Shown: positions 33,106 to 43,703, counted from the first letter of the stretch. The stretch: 64,000 bases of DNA from an uncultured bacterium (GCA_949292105.1 CASEYK010000016.1:9256-73255); one strand, 5' to 3'. Program-made: numbers and translations. The notes: generated by a model not told the origin, from the sequence alone.

Positions 33106-34976
33106 GAAAGATTAATAGTGAAAAAGACTTACTAGACCGCGTTTCGCATTGTGCGGAATGCATCAATAAAAAGTTCCACGCCAAAGACGGAACGCGCGCT
33201 ATTGTTGTTTGTGGAGGAACAGGATGTTTATCCTCAAACTCTCAAAAGATTTTAGACCGCTTCCAAGAATTGATTGAAGAAAAAGGGCTCAGCAAGAAAG
33301 TAACAGCTAATATTGTCGGCTGTTTCGGATTTTGCTCGCAAGGGCCATTCGTTAAGATTTTCCCAGAAGAAACTTTATATACAAAAGTGAAACTTGAAGA
33401 TGTTGATGAAATTTTTGAAAAGGATATCATTGGCGGGGAAGTGGTTGAGAGACTTCTTTTCCTTGACCCTGTTGAAAAAGTTCGCGTTCGCAAACAATCA
33501 GATATTCACTTTTATAAATTGCAAAAAAGAGATATTGCCTTAAGAGGCAATGACCATATTAATCCTGAATCATTAGAAGAAGCTCTTGGCTTTGAAACTT
33601 TTGTTGGACTCAACCGCGCTTTACATATGAGCCAACAAGAAGTTATTGATGAAGTTCTAAAGAGTGGTCTTCGCGGCCGTGGTGGAGCTGGATTCCCAAC
33701 CGGCCGTAAATGGCAATTCGCCCATGATGTTGAAAGCGATGAAAAATATATCATCTGTAATGGTGATGAAGGCGATCCAGGTGCTTTTATGGATCGTTCT
33801 ATTATCGAAGGCAACCCGCTAAATGTTATTGAAGGTATGATGATTGCTGGATATGCTATCGGGGCTAAAAATGGATATTTTTACATCCGTGCTGAATATC
33901 CAGTTGCCGTGTCTCGTCTTGAAAAGGCGATCAAATTATGTGAAGATGCCGGCTTATTAGGCGATCATATTTTAGGAACTGAATTCTCATTTAGATGCCA
34001 TATCCGACTCGGTGCTGGCGCTTTCGTCTGTGGTGAAGAAACTGCTCTTCTCAATTCGATTGAAGGCAAACGTGGCATGCCTCGCCCGCGTCCTCCTTTC
34101 CCAGCTATTAAAGGTTTGTGGGGCAAGCCAAGCGTTATCAACAATGTTGAAACTTTAGCTAATGTCCCTTACATCTTGCGTGAAGGGTGGGAAAAATATG
34201 CTTCAATCGGTACAGAGAAATCCAAAGGCACAAAAGTGTTTGCTCTCGGTGGCAAAGTTAATAATGTCGGTTTAGTCGAGGTACCGATGGGAGTTACCTT
34301 GCGACAATTAATTTTTGATATTGGCGAAGGTATTCCTCATGGCAAAAAATTTAAAGCTATTCAAACAGGCGGTCCTTCTGGTGGATGTTTAACTGAAAAA
34401 GATTTGGATACGCCAATCGATTACGATTCATTAATCGCTCGCGGTTCAATGATGGGTTCAGGTGGCGCCATCGTCATGGATGAAGACAACTGTATGGTTG
34501 ATGTTGCGAAGTTCTATATGACTTTTATTTGCGATGAATCGTGCGGTAAATGTACACCATGTCGTATTGGAACTAAACGCTTGCTTGAAATATTAGAAAA
34601 AATTACTGATGGGCGAGGAACAATGAAAGATTTAGAAGATCTTGAATCGCTCTCTCATGTTGTTAAAAATAATTCTTTGTGTGGTCTTGGTCAAACGGCT
34701 GCCAACCCAATCTTATCGACGCTTGCGTCGTTTAGAAATGAATATTTGGCTCATGTTCAGGAACATAAATGTCATGCCCATGTCTGTAAGAAACTTGTTG
34801 AATACTACATCGATCCAGGCAAGTGTAAAAAATGTTCACTATGCGCGAGAAATTGTCCTGTTCACGCCATCAGCGGTGAGGTTGGCAAAACGCCGTTTAT
34901 CATTGACACAACAAAATGTATCAAGTGTGGCGCTTGTATGGCTGGATGCCGCTTCGGCGCTATTGTAAGACGCTAA
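33102..34976 (+). CDS. hydB: [FeFe]-hydrogenase HydB (NuoF-like FMN/NADH subunit)
   Basis: N-terminal thioredoxin-like 2Fe-2S, LRGRGGAGFPTG, DEGDPGAFM, GGPSGG, ESCGKCTPCR, C-terminal 2x4Fe-4S. Confidence 0.93.
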   Translation: MRKINSEKDLLDRVSHCAECINKKFHAKDGTRAIVVCGGTGCLSSNSQKILDRFQELIEEKGLSKKVTANIVGCFGFCSQGPFVKIFPEETLYTKVKLEDVDEIFEKDIIGGEVVERLLFLDPVEKVRVRKQSDIHFYKLQKRDIALRGNDHINPESLEEALGFETFVGLNRALHMSQQEVIDEVLKSGLRGRGGAGFPTGRKWQFAHDVESDEKYIICNGDEGDPGAFMDRSIIEGNPLNVIEGMMIAGYAIGAKNGYFYIRAEYPVAVSRLEKAIKLCEDAGLLGDHILGTEFSFRCHIRLGAGAFVCGEETALLNSIEGKRGMPRPRPPFPAIKGLWGKPSVINNVETLANVPYILREGWEKYASIGTEKSKGTKVFALGGKVNNVGLVEVPMGVTLRQLIFDIGEGIPHGKKFKAIQTGGPSGGCLTEKDLDTPIDYDSLIARGSMMGSGGAIVMDEDNCMVDVAKFYMTFICDESCGKCTPCRIGTKRLLEILEKITDGRGTMKDLEDLESLSHVVKNNSLCGLGQTAANPILSTLASFRNEYLAHVQEHKCHAHVCKKLVEYYIDPGKCKKCSLCARNCPVHAISGEVGKTPFIIDTTKCIKCGACMAGCRFGAIVRR

Positions 34977-34990
34977 GGAGGAAAAATAGT

Positions 34991-36757
34991 ATGGCTTTAG
35001 TCAATATTAAAATTGATGGTCAACCCTTTCAAGTTGAAAGTGGATTAACCATTATGCAAGCTGCGAGAAGATGTGGTTTTGTCATTCCTTCCTTGTGCAC
35101 TTTTAACAACGGCGAATGTTCTTTAGCATCGTGCCGTGTGTGTTTAGTCGAAGTAAAAGGTGCAAGAGGTCTTGTCGCTTCTTGTATATATCCCGTTTCT
35201 GAAGGCATGGAAATTAGCATTTGTTCTGAAAAAGCTGTTTCAGCAAGGCGGGCCTCAGTCGAATTACTCCTTTCAAATCATGAAAAGAATTGTTTGCAAT
35301 GTGAAAAAAATACCCACTGTGAACTTCTTGAAGTGGCCAGAATGGTTGGAGCTCGTGAAAATATGTACATCGGTCAAATGACTCCTGGTACAGTTGATAC
35401 TTTAGCCCCGGGTCTAGTTCGCAATACCGCTAAATGTATTTTGTGTGGAAGATGTATCGCTCGATGTACTGCTGCACAAGGCTTAGCCATTTTAGGTTTT
35501 GAAAATCGTGGGTTTAAGACTATTGTCGCCCCAATTCAAAACCGTAGTTTCGCTCAGTCCCCTTGTATTCAGTGTGGACAATGCGTCAATGTTTGTCCAA
35601 CTGGCGCTTTGATGGAGCACAGCGAAATTGAAAAAGTCGACGAAGCGTTTAGACAAGGAAAAAAAGTCATTGTCCAAACCGCGCCTGCTGTGCGCGCTGC
35701 AATTGCTGAAGAATTTGATGAAAAGATTGGCACACCGGGAACTGGCAAAATGGTGGCTGCTCTTCATCGTTTAGGATTCTATCGCGTTTTCGATACCAAT
35801 TTTGGTGCCGATCTTACCATCATGGAAGAAGCGCATGAACTATTAGAAAGAATTAAGAATAAAGGTGTTTTGCCACAACTTACATCTTGTTCACCGGGCT
35901 GGGTTAATTATTTAGAATTCTATTATCCAGAACTTATTCCTTATCTTTCAACTTGTAAGTCTCCTCACATGATGGTTGGAGCCATTATTAAATCTTATTT
36001 TGCTCAAAAACATAATCTCAATCCTGATGATATCTTTGTCGTTTCAGTTATGCCTTGTATTGCTAAAAAGTATGAACGCCAAAGAGAAAATATGATTAAT
36101 GATGTCGATGCTGTTCTCACAACGAGAGAATTAGCTCGTCTTATCAAGCGTGCTGGTATTAATTGGCATCGCTTGCCAGAAGAAGAATTCGACCACGATT
36201 TACTTGGCGAATATAGTGGTGCTGGTGTTATCTTCGGTGTGACTGGCGGAGTTATGGAAGCCGCTTTACGCACAGCTTATTACTGGCTAAGTGGCAAAGA
36301 GTACGAGAAAATTGAATTCCATGAAGTGCGCGGTTTAGAAGGCGTAAAAGAAGCGAGCATTGATATCAATGGTACTGTCATTAAAGTTGCTGTTGCTTCA
36401 GGTATGAGAAATACCAAACCACTTCTTGAACAAATTCGAAATGGCACATCTCCATACGCTTTTATTGAAGTTATGGGTTGTCCAGGTGGATGTATTAATG
36501 GTGGTGGTCAACCATATGTCAAACCGCTTTTGCTCCCTAACGAAGACGATGATATTTTAGAGACATATCGCCAAAAAAGAGCGGCGGTGCTCTATAGCGA
36601 AGACGAAAAACAAGTTATTCGTCAATCGCATAATAATCCTGACATCATTAAACTTTACGAAGATTATTTAGGTAAACCCGGTTCGCATTTGGCGGAAAAG
36701 TTGCTTCACACTTCATATAATGATCACCGCGAAAAATATCCTGATCTAAAAAAATAA
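34991..36757 (+). CDS. hydA: [FeFe]-hydrogenase catalytic subunit HydA (group A3, M3 architecture)
   Basis: H-cluster motifs TSCSPGW, MPCIAKKYE, EVMGCPGGCINGGGQP; 2Fe-2S, His-ligated 4Fe-4S and 2x4Fe-4S; SD AGGAGG supports start 34991. Confidence 0.95.
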   Translation: MALVNIKIDGQPFQVESGLTIMQAARRCGFVIPSLCTFNNGECSLASCRVCLVEVKGARGLVASCIYPVSEGMEISICSEKAVSARRASVELLLSNHEKNCLQCEKNTHCELLEVARMVGARENMYIGQMTPGTVDTLAPGLVRNTAKCILCGRCIARCTAAQGLAILGFENRGFKTIVAPIQNRSFAQSPCIQCGQCVNVCPTGALMEHSEIEKVDEAFRQGKKVIVQTAPAVRAAIAEEFDEKIGTPGTGKMVAALHRLGFYRVFDTNFGADLTIMEEAHELLERIKNKGVLPQLTSCSPGWVNYLEFYYPELIPYLSTCKSPHMMVGAIIKSYFAQKHNLNPDDIFVVSVMPCIAKKYERQRENMINDVDAVLTTRELARLIKRAGINWHRLPEEEFDHDLLGEYSGAGVIFGVTGGVMEAALRTAYYWLSGKEYEKIEFHEVRGLEGVKEASIDINGTVIKVAVASGMRNTKPLLEQIRNGTSPYAFIEVMGCPGGCINGGGQPYVKPLLLPNEDDDILETYRQKRAAVLYSEDEKQVIRQSHNNPDIIKLYEDYLGKPGSHLAEKLLHTSYNDHREKYPDLKK

Positions 36758-36768
36758 TCAGTAATATG

Positions 36769-36796
36769 AAAAAGCATTGTAGTTCAATGCTTTTTT
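36769..36796 (+). terminator. Intrinsic terminator after hydA
   Basis: AAAAAGCATTG/CAATGCTTTTT stem. Confidence 0.8.
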
Positions 36797-36883
36797 AAAA
36801 TGTAAAACTATTGCTAATACTTATTTTTAAAAACTATATATAATAGAAGAGCATAATTTTTTGAATTGATGTAAAATAAGCCT

Positions 36884-38236
36884 ATGACTACTCTTAAACA
36901 AATTAAACTCTACAATTCTTTAACCAATCGCGAAGAAACACTAGTACCTCTTGAAGAGGGTAAAATTTCCATGTATGTATGTGGACCGACTGTCTATAAT
37001 CGCCCGCATATCGGCAACATGCGACCAATTGTTGTTTTTGATACGCTCCGCCGACTCTTGGAATTTCTAGGATATAAAGTTACATATGTTTCAAATTATA
37101 CCGATGTTGATGACAAAATAATTGATAGCGCCATCAAAGAAGGCGTCAACGAATACGAACTCAGTTCAAGATACATTCGCCATTTTGAAAAAGTTGTTGG
37201 GATGATCGGCTCAAAACTACCAACCATCACACCTCGTGTTACTCAATATATTCCTCAAATTATTCATTTTATCGATGAATTAGTTAAAAATGGCTCTGCT
37301 TATGTGACTGATAGTGGAGTTTATTTTGATGTGAGCAAGGTAAAAGATTACGGATCGCTGAGCGGCATTAGTTTAGAAAATCTTCATGTCGGTGCGAGAA
37401 TTGAAACGAGTGAAGAAAAAAAATCACCTTATGATTTTGCTCTATGGAAAAAAACGGACATTGGCATTAAATGGGACTCACCTTGGGGTGAAGGGAGACC
37501 AGGTTGGCACACCGAATGTTGTGTGATGATTGATTCTATTTTTCCACGACATTTCATCGACATTCACGGTGGCGGGTATGATTTAAAATTTCCCCATCAC
37601 GAAAATGAAATCGCTCAATCTGAAGCGCTCAATCACAACAAAATTGCCCAATTTTGGATGCATAATGCATTCATTAATGTTGAAAATGAAAAAATGTCTA
37701 AATCTCTAGGCAATGTTTTATACCCTGAAGATTTGATTGCTCAATATGGTGGACCAGTTGTTCGACTCGTCATTTTAAGTGCCCATTATCGTCAGCCGAT
37801 TAATTTTAAAGATGAGACAATCAACGCTGCTGTTCAAGAATTCAAAAAGATTGAAACAGTTATTAGGCAAGCTGGATTATATTTACAGCTTCATCACTTA
37901 TCGTTTGAAAAAGCAGATACGGACGAAAGTCTAAATCGTTTTATTGATGCGATGCTCGATGATTTGAATACCGCTAATGCATTAATGGAAGTATATGGTT
38001 TAGTTAAGAAAATTAATGTTTGTTTGAGACAGAAAGAAGTCGATCAGACCGCTCTTATCAGCATGATGAAAAGTTTGATGGTGATGCTCGATATTTTAGG
38101 AATAAATGTTGAATATACAAAATTAAGCCCTGCTGACCTCGAAATTTATGAAAAATATGTGCAAGCCAAAAACAATAAAGATTTTGCACTTTCAGATGAG
38201 TTAAGAAAACAATTAATCGAAAAGAAAATTATTTAA
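36884..38236 (+). CDS. cysS: Cysteine--tRNA ligase
   Basis: [36 protein letters not shown]. Confidence 0.98.
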   Translation: MTTLKQIKLYNSLTNREETLVPLEEGKISMYVCGPTVYNRPHIGNMRPIVVFDTLRRLLEFLGYKVTYVSNYTDVDDKIIDSAIKEGVNEYELSSRYIRHFEKVVGMIGSKLPTITPRVTQYIPQIIHFIDELVKNGSAYVTDSGVYFDVSKVKDYGSLSGISLENLHVGARIETSEEKKSPYDFALWKKTDIGIKWDSPWGEGRPGWHTECCVMIDSIFPRHFIDIHGGGYDLKFPHHENEIAQSEALNHNKIAQFWMHNAFINVENEKMSKSLGNVLYPEDLIAQYGGPVVRLVILSAHYRQPINFKDETINAAVQEFKKIETVIRQAGLYLQLHHLSFEKADTDESLNRFIDAMLDDLNTANALMEVYGLVKKINVCLRQKEVDQTALISMMKSLMVMLDILGINVEYTKLSPADLEIYEKYVQAKNNKDFALSDELRKQLIEKKII

Positions 38237-38237
38237 T

Positions 38238-38957
38238 ATGGTTAATGATTCTTTATTTTTCTTTGGTAAGAACCCTTTTAAAGAAGCGGTGAAAAAAAAT
38301 AATGTTGAGCGAGTTTATCTTCAACATGGTTTTATTGATAAAAGCATTTTAACCATCATTGAGCAAAATCACCTTAGTACAAAATATGTCAACGCTCAAG
38401 ATTTAACTAATCTAGCGCAAGATAAACATCACCAAGGAGTTGTATTTCAAGTTAAAGATTATCGTTATTATTCTCTTGAAGAAATTATTTCTGAGGCGAG
38501 CCAAAAAAATCATATGCCCCTCTTACTAATTTTGGATGAGATTAACGATCCACATAATTTCGGTGCCATTTTAAGAAGTGCAGATGCCTTTGGAGTTGAT
38601 GGTGTAATTGTTAAAAAACGCAACCAAGTGTTAATTAATGGAACGGTAATGAAAAGCAGCGCCGGAGCGGCTAATTTTGTTAAAGTAGCTTCTGTAACAA
38701 ACTTAAATCAAGCTGTTGAAAAACTTAAAAAGGCTGGATATTGGATAGTTGCAACCGATGGCAATGCGAAAATGTCATACAAAGAGATAAGATATGATTT
38801 TCCTCTTGCTCTAATCGTTGGCAGCGAAGGTTTTGGCATTTCAACTCTCCTTTTGAAAAATGCCGATTATATCGTAAAAATTCCAATGCTTGGAGAAGTA
38901 AATTCTCTCAATGCGAGTGTTGCAGCGAGCATTTTTCTTGCTCATATAAGAAGTTAA
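38238..38957 (+). CDS. rlmB: 23S rRNA Gm2251 methyltransferase (TrmH/SpoU family)
   Basis: HQGV, DPHNFGAILRSA, GSEGFG, SLNASVA; follows cysS. Confidence 0.9.
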   Translation: MVNDSLFFFGKNPFKEAVKKNNVERVYLQHGFIDKSILTIIEQNHLSTKYVNAQDLTNLAQDKHHQGVVFQVKDYRYYSLEEIISEASQKNHMPLLLILDEINDPHNFGAILRSADAFGVDGVIVKKRNQVLINGTVMKSSAGAANFVKVASVTNLNQAVEKLKKAGYWIVATDGNAKMSYKEIRYDFPLALIVGSEGFGISTLLLKNADYIVKIPMLGEVNSLNASVAASIFLAHIRS

Positions 38958-38974
38958 TTATTTTTTATTAGTTT

Positions 38975-39014
38975 TATATTTTGCTTTCGTTGGCTGAATG
39001 CGAAAGGAAATATG
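38975..39014 (+). promoter_or_regulatory. RNA hairpin sequestering the SD and AUG of the sigH-like gene
   Basis: TATATTTT(G)CTTTCGT pairs with GCGAAAGGAAATATG: 15 bp including 3 G-U pairs, one bulge. Confidence 0.6.
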
Positions 39015-39635
39015 TCAAAAACTAGAAAACTTCGCGATGAGGAGTTAATTTTTTTGGTATGTCAAGAAAATGAAAACGCTTATCAATTATTGTTTGAAAG
39101 ATACCGCCGCTATTCATGGAAACTTGCTCATTCAATGCACGCGCAAAATAGTTCTTCCGGCATCGACACTTCAGTCTTTCATTCAATTGCAATTTATTGT
39201 TTTCACTGCGCGCTAAAAAAATATAAAACACATTCGAGCAATTTTTATCCATATTGGAAAACAATTTCAAATCGTCAAATGATTGATTTTATTCAAGAAC
39301 AATCTTATCAGTATCGCGGTCAAGTATTTGGTGGTTTTGTTTCACTCGACGCCAATTTTAATGACACATCATCGTTAACATTTGGCGAAATGCTCGGTGA
39401 AGTTGATAAAAATATCGATCGAAAAATAAATTTTGATGATTTAATTAAAATTTTAAAAAGAAATGAGAACCTGTTCAGTGCTCGAGAATATCAAGTCATC
39501 AATCTTCTCATCAATGAACATACAATTAAAGAAATTTCTTGCTCTTTGAATTTACCAATTGAAAAAGTCTATTATCACATTAAAATGATCAAGAAAAAAA
39601 TTCGTTCGCTCAATATTAGACAATGTGTATTTTAA
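39012..39635 (+). CDS. Divergent SigH/ComX-like alternative sigma-70 factor
   Basis: DEELI...AYQLLFERY region-2 start, VSLDA linker, SAREYQV...IKEIS.SLN region-4 HTH; occupies the sigH position after cysS-rlmB. Confidence 0.7.
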   Translation: MSKTRKLRDEELIFLVCQENENAYQLLFERYRRYSWKLAHSMHAQNSSSGIDTSVFHSIAIYCFHCALKKYKTHSSNFYPYWKTISNRQMIDFIQEQSYQYRGQVFGGFVSLDANFNDTSSLTFGEMLGEVDKNIDRKINFDDLIKILKRNENLFSAREYQVINLLINEHTIKEISCSLNLPIEKVYYHIKMIKKKIRSLNIRQCVF

Positions 39636-39646
39636 AAAGCATCTTA

Positions 39647-39655
39647 TGATATAAT
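39647..39655 (+). promoter_or_regulatory. Extended -10 promoter, probably leaderless ecfA1 transcript
   Basis: TGATATAAT ending 7 nt before ATG 39663; no SD. Confidence 0.6.
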
Positions 39656-39662
39656 CATACCT

Positions 39663-40478
39663 ATGAATGCCATCGAAATAAAAAACCTCTGCTATTCATA
39701 CGATAAGAACAGTGAAGTGTTAAAAAAGATTGATTTATCGATTAAATATGGCGAGCACATCGCCATTGTTGGACATAATGGTTCAGGCAAGTCGACATTA
39801 GCCAAACTTCTTGTCGGTTTAATTGAAAAAGACAGCGGAGATATTAATATATTAGGTTTGAATCTCGACCGTAAAAATATTCAAGCAATTCGTCAACAAG
39901 TCGGTATTGTCTTTCAAAATCCAGACAATCAGTTTGTTGCCACAACGGTCGAAGATGATATCGCTTTTGGACTAGAGAATCGCTGTCTTTCGTATGAAGA
40001 GATGCATAAAATTGTTCCTGAATTTGCTAAAAAAGTTGGCATGGAAGAATATTTGGATAAAGAGCCTAGTTCGCTATCAGGTGGTCAAAAGCAAAGAGTG
40101 GCACTAGCGGGTGCTCTTTCGCTCGAGCCAAAAATTCTCATTTTAGATGAAGCGACATCTATGCTCGACCCTAAAGGCAAGTCTGAAATAACACATCTTT
40201 TGACTAAAATGAGAAAAAATAATCAAGATTTAACAGTAATTTCAATAACACACGATGTAGAAGAGGCTTATTTGTGCGACCGCGTTTTTGTTTTAAATAA
40301 CGGACAAATTGTTTTAAGCGGTCGGCCTGATGAAGTGTTCGAAAACGGCGAAGAAATTCATAAATTAGGTCTTGAACAACCCCTTCTTTTGAAATTAAAA
40401 AAAGAATTGAAAAAAATAGGAATTGATATTTCAAACGATAAAACTCTTGAGGAGGTCGCTGATTCAATATGCCGATAA
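39663..40478 (+). CDS. ecfA1: ECF transporter ATPase EcfA1
   Basis: GHNGSGKST, VFQNPDNQFV, LDEATSMLDP. Confidence 0.95.
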   Translation: MNAIEIKNLCYSYDKNSEVLKKIDLSIKYGEHIAIVGHNGSGKSTLAKLLVGLIEKDSGDINILGLNLDRKNIQAIRQQVGIVFQNPDNQFVATTVEDDIAFGLENRCLSYEEMHKIVPEFAKKVGMEEYLDKEPSSLSGGQKQRVALAGALSLEPKILILDEATSMLDPKGKSEITHLLTKMRKNNQDLTVISITHDVEEAYLCDRVFVLNNGQIVLSGRPDEVFENGEEIHKLGLEQPLLLKLKKELKKIGIDISNDKTLEEVADSICR

Positions 40479-41329
40479 AACTCGACCACCTTTCGCATAC
40501 ATATATGGTTAAGACGCCGACTCCAACGGCCGCTATTGTCGATATCAACTTGTTGATTGATACACCAAGTTTTGTCGCTTTCGTCGGCGAGACTGGTAGT
40601 GGTAAATCAACTCTTGTTCAGCATCTTAATGCTTTATTGCTTCCGACGAGTGGTGATGTCTATGTCGATGATTTTCATATTGTGAGTAAAAAGCGTAAAA
40701 ACAAGAAAGTCATGCTTTTAAGAAAACATGTTGGATTGGTTTTTCAATTTCCAGAGTATCAGTTGTTTGAATCAACAGTAGAAAAAGATGTAATGGTTGG
40801 TCCCAAAAATTTTAAAGTTAAAGATGAAGAGGCGCTGAAGATTGCGCATAAAGCTTTAAAAGATGTCGGAATCAAAGAAGATTATTATTCTCGTTCCCCT
40901 TTTGAATTGTCCGGCGGAGAAAAAAGGCGCGTGGCTATCGCAGGTATTTTGGCTTTACAGCCTGATATTCTAGTTCTCGATGAACCGACAGCTGGTCTTG
41001 ATCCCAAAGGGGCAAAAGAAATCATGTCTTTACTCGTCAGATTATTCAAACAAGGAAAAACAATCATTCTTGTTACTCACGACATGGACATTGTGATGGA
41101 ATATGCACAAAAAGTATTTGCTCTTCACAAAGGCAAATTAATTTTTGAAGGAACGCCAAACGAATTATTCTCTCATTTGAACGATGAGATGGCTTTAGAA
41201 ATTCCTCCCCTATATTCGCTTATTAATCAACTCAATTCTCGCGGGTTTCATCTCGACTCAGCAAACATTCACAATGTCGAGGATTTTGTGCAAGCCATTA
41301 AAATAGAAAAAGAGGGGCGCCATGAATAA
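40469..41329 (+). CDS. ecfA2: ECF transporter ATPase EcfA2
   Basis: VFQFPEYQLFE, SPFELSGG, LDEPTAGLDP. Confidence 0.95.
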   Translation: MPIKLDHLSHTYMVKTPTPTAAIVDINLLIDTPSFVAFVGETGSGKSTLVQHLNALLLPTSGDVYVDDFHIVSKKRKNKKVMLLRKHVGLVFQFPEYQLFESTVEKDVMVGPKNFKVKDEEALKIAHKALKDVGIKEDYYSRSPFELSGGEKRRVAIAGILALQPDILVLDEPTAGLDPKGAKEIMSLLVRLFKQGKTIILVTHDMDIVMEYAQKVFALHKGKLIFEGTPNELFSHLNDEMALEIPPLYSLINQLNSRGFHLDSANIHNVEDFVQAIKIEKEGRHE

Positions 41330-42200
41330 CGTTATTTTTGGTCGTTATACCAACTATCACACGCCTATTCATCGTTTAGAACCGCGATTGAAATTATTTT
41401 TGCTCGTCCTTTTGATTAGCATCATCTTTTTTAAGTTTACTGTCTGGTCGACCAATCTCATTTATTCGCTTTTTCTTTTGATTTTCTTCTTCGTTTTGAT
41501 GGGCGTTTCTAAGTCGAGTTTTTTAAGCTTGCTAAAGAGTTTTAAAGCCATGTGGTTTTTAATTCTCTTCCTTTTTATTGTCTATATCTTTTTTCCTAAT
41601 TCTTCATATCAGTTTGTCGCTTTTTATATCGGTACTTATCCGATTTATTGGGATGCCATTTATCAAACAGTTTACATCATACTTCGCTTATTCTTAATGA
41701 TCTCAATTATGATGGTGCTCACGAGCACAACTAAACCGATGGATTTAACATATGCTTTTGAGTGGTATATGACACCTTTGAAACTGATTAAATTTCCAGT
41801 CCATGCGGGAGCAATGGCTCTTTCTATCGCTTTGCGTTTTGTTCCAACACTTCTTGAAGAAACAGATCGTATTATGAAAGCACAAGCGAGCCGTGGTATT
41901 GATTTTAATCATGGCAGTCTAGGCAAAAGATTCAAAGCCGTTATTTCTCTTATTATTCCTTTTTTCTTAACCGCTTTCCAAAGAAGCGATGATTTGGCGG
42001 AAGCTATGGAAGTAAGAGGATACGATCCAAACGCTAAAAGGACAAGATACCGCAAATACTCACTCCATCTTGTCGATTTATTTTCTTCGCTTATTATTCT
42101 TCTTATTTTTGCTGGAGTCCTTACTTTATTCATTATCGATAAAACGGTTGGACCTCTCGATTTGATACAATTAATCTTTAAGGTAGATATAGGTTTTTAA
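41322..42200 (+). CDS. ecfT: ECF transporter transmembrane component EcfT
   Basis: IALRFVPTL, AQASRG, AMEVRGY. Confidence 0.95.
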   Translation: MNNVIFGRYTNYHTPIHRLEPRLKLFLLVLLISIIFFKFTVWSTNLIYSLFLLIFFFVLMGVSKSSFLSLLKSFKAMWFLILFLFIVYIFFPNSSYQFVAFYIGTYPIYWDAIYQTVYIILRLFLMISIMMVLTSTTKPMDLTYAFEWYMTPLKLIKFPVHAGAMALSIALRFVPTLLEETDRIMKAQASRGIDFNHGSLGKRFKAVISLIIPFFLTAFQRSDDLAEAMEVRGYDPNAKRTRYRKYSLHLVDLFSSLIILLIFAGVLTLFIIDKTVGPLDLIQLIFKVDIGF

Positions 42201-42202
42201 TT

Positions 42203-42940
42203 ATGGTGAGAGTTTTAGGATACTGCACATATCGGGGAACAAATTTTGCTGGGTGGCAAATTCAACCTCATCAAGATAGTGTTGAGGAATATATTGAACG
42301 AGCACTTTCACAAGTATTGAATCAACCTATTTATATTACTGGATCAGGAAGAACTGATAGTGGTGTTCACGCCTTATCTCAGCCTTTTCATTTCGATTTA
42401 GAAAAGAAGGTTGACTTAAAGAAAATGGTTTATGCTCTCAACTGCCTTTTGCCAGAAGACATTCGCATCAACAAAATGAAATATGTCGATTCATCGTTTC
42501 ACGCTCGTATCAATGCCAAGGCAAAAGAGTATGTCTATTATTTGCAGTTATCGAGCAAGGATCCTTTTGTTTATGACAAAGTTTATTTATGTCCTTATCA
42601 CTTAAATGTCAAAGCAATGGCAAAGGCTATAAAACTTTTCATCGGCAAACATAATTTTTCGTGTTTTACATCAAAAACGGAAGATTTTGTCGGGTTTATG
42701 CGGGAAATTTATTCTGCAAATATCAAATTTGATAAAGAACGCCAACTCGTTATTTTCACATTTAAAGGCAATGGATTTATGCGCTATATGGTTCGCTATA
42801 TGGTTGGGACGCTCATTGAAATTGGACGAGGAAAAATTGATTCTACTTTTATTCCAACACATCTCGACCAGCCGCAAAGAGCCATTATATCTTTTAAAGC
42901 TCCGCCGCAAGGTTTATATTTAAAAAAAGTATATTATTAG
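42203..42940 (+). CDS. truA: tRNA pseudouridine(38-40) synthase
   Basis: GWQIQ, GSGRTDSGVHA, FHAR, APPQGLYL. Confidence 0.96.
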   Translation: MVRVLGYCTYRGTNFAGWQIQPHQDSVEEYIERALSQVLNQPIYITGSGRTDSGVHALSQPFHFDLEKKVDLKKMVYALNCLLPEDIRINKMKYVDSSFHARINAKAKEYVYYLQLSSKDPFVYDKVYLCPYHLNVKAMAKAIKLFIGKHNFSCFTSKTEDFVGFMREIYSANIKFDKERQLVIFTFKGNGFMRYMVRYMVGTLIEIGRGKIDSTFIPTHLDQPQRAIISFKAPPQGLYLKKVYY

Positions 42941-42992
42941 TGTCAGTATCATTAAATTGTGATAGAATCACAAAAGACAAAGAGGTTATTTT

Positions 42993-43697
42993 ATGGGTAG
43001 ACATTTTGAAGTTAGAGCGAAAGCAATGGCTGAAACAGCAGCAAAAAAATCAGCCGTTTATATGCGTGCATCGAAAGAAATTTATATGGCAGCAAGAAGT
43101 GGAGATCCAAATCCTGATTCTAATTTGGCCCTTCGCTCAGCTATTGAAAAATGGAAAGGTCAATCTGTTCCAAAAGATGTTATTGATCGCGCAATTAAAA
43201 AGGCACAAGGTGGCACCGGCGAAAACTATGTAGCTGGTCGCTACGAAGCTTTTGGCCCTGGAGGCTCTTACTTTATTATTGATACCCTCAGCGATAATAA
43301 TAATCGTGCGCTTACTGAAGTGAGAACAGCCGTTACGAAAAAAGGTGGTCATTTAGGATCGGTGGCTTATTATTTTACTGAAACTGGTGTGTTGGTGTTT
43401 AAAGGTAACAATCGTGATGAAGTTGAAGAAACATTAATTTTGAGTGATGTCGATGTTCGAGAAGTGAATGAAAATGACGGAATGATTGAGGTTCTTGTTG
43501 AGCCCACCGCATTTGGCAAAGCAAAAGAAGTCCTATCCGGTATGGGCATTACAGATTATGAAGTAGCAGAAGTGGCACCAATCGCCAATGAGACCATCGA
43601 AATTACCGATGAAGAAGATAAAAGAAAATTCAACGAGTTATGCGATTTGCTCGATGAACTACAAGATGTTCAAGGCGTGCACCACAACGTTGGATAA
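42993..43697 (+). CDS. yebC: YebC/PmpR (TACO1) family protein
   Basis: GDPNPDSNLALR, RYEAFGPGG, LSDNNNR, DVQGVHHN. Confidence 0.93.
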   Translation: MGRHFEVRAKAMAETAAKKSAVYMRASKEIYMAARSGDPNPDSNLALRSAIEKWKGQSVPKDVIDRAIKKAQGGTGENYVAGRYEAFGPGGSYFIIDTLSDNNNRALTEVRTAVTKKGGHLGSVAYYFTETGVLVFKGNNRDEVEETLILSDVDVREVNENDGMIEVLVEPTAFGKAKEVLSGMGITDYEVAEVAPIANETIEITDEEDKRKFNELCDLLDELQDVQGVHHNVG

Positions 43698-43703
43698 AAT
43701 AAA

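Noticed and set aside
34916-34990. Longer ORF-track starts for hydA (also rpsJ 14852, rplV 18113, queH 13989, HI0933 44900)
   Set aside because: Downstream ATGs fit SD or promoter spacing, stop/start coupling and family N-termini better.
36797-36883. T-box leader upstream of cysS
   Set aside because: Under 90 nt available and no T-box (GGTGG-ACC) antiterminator motif.
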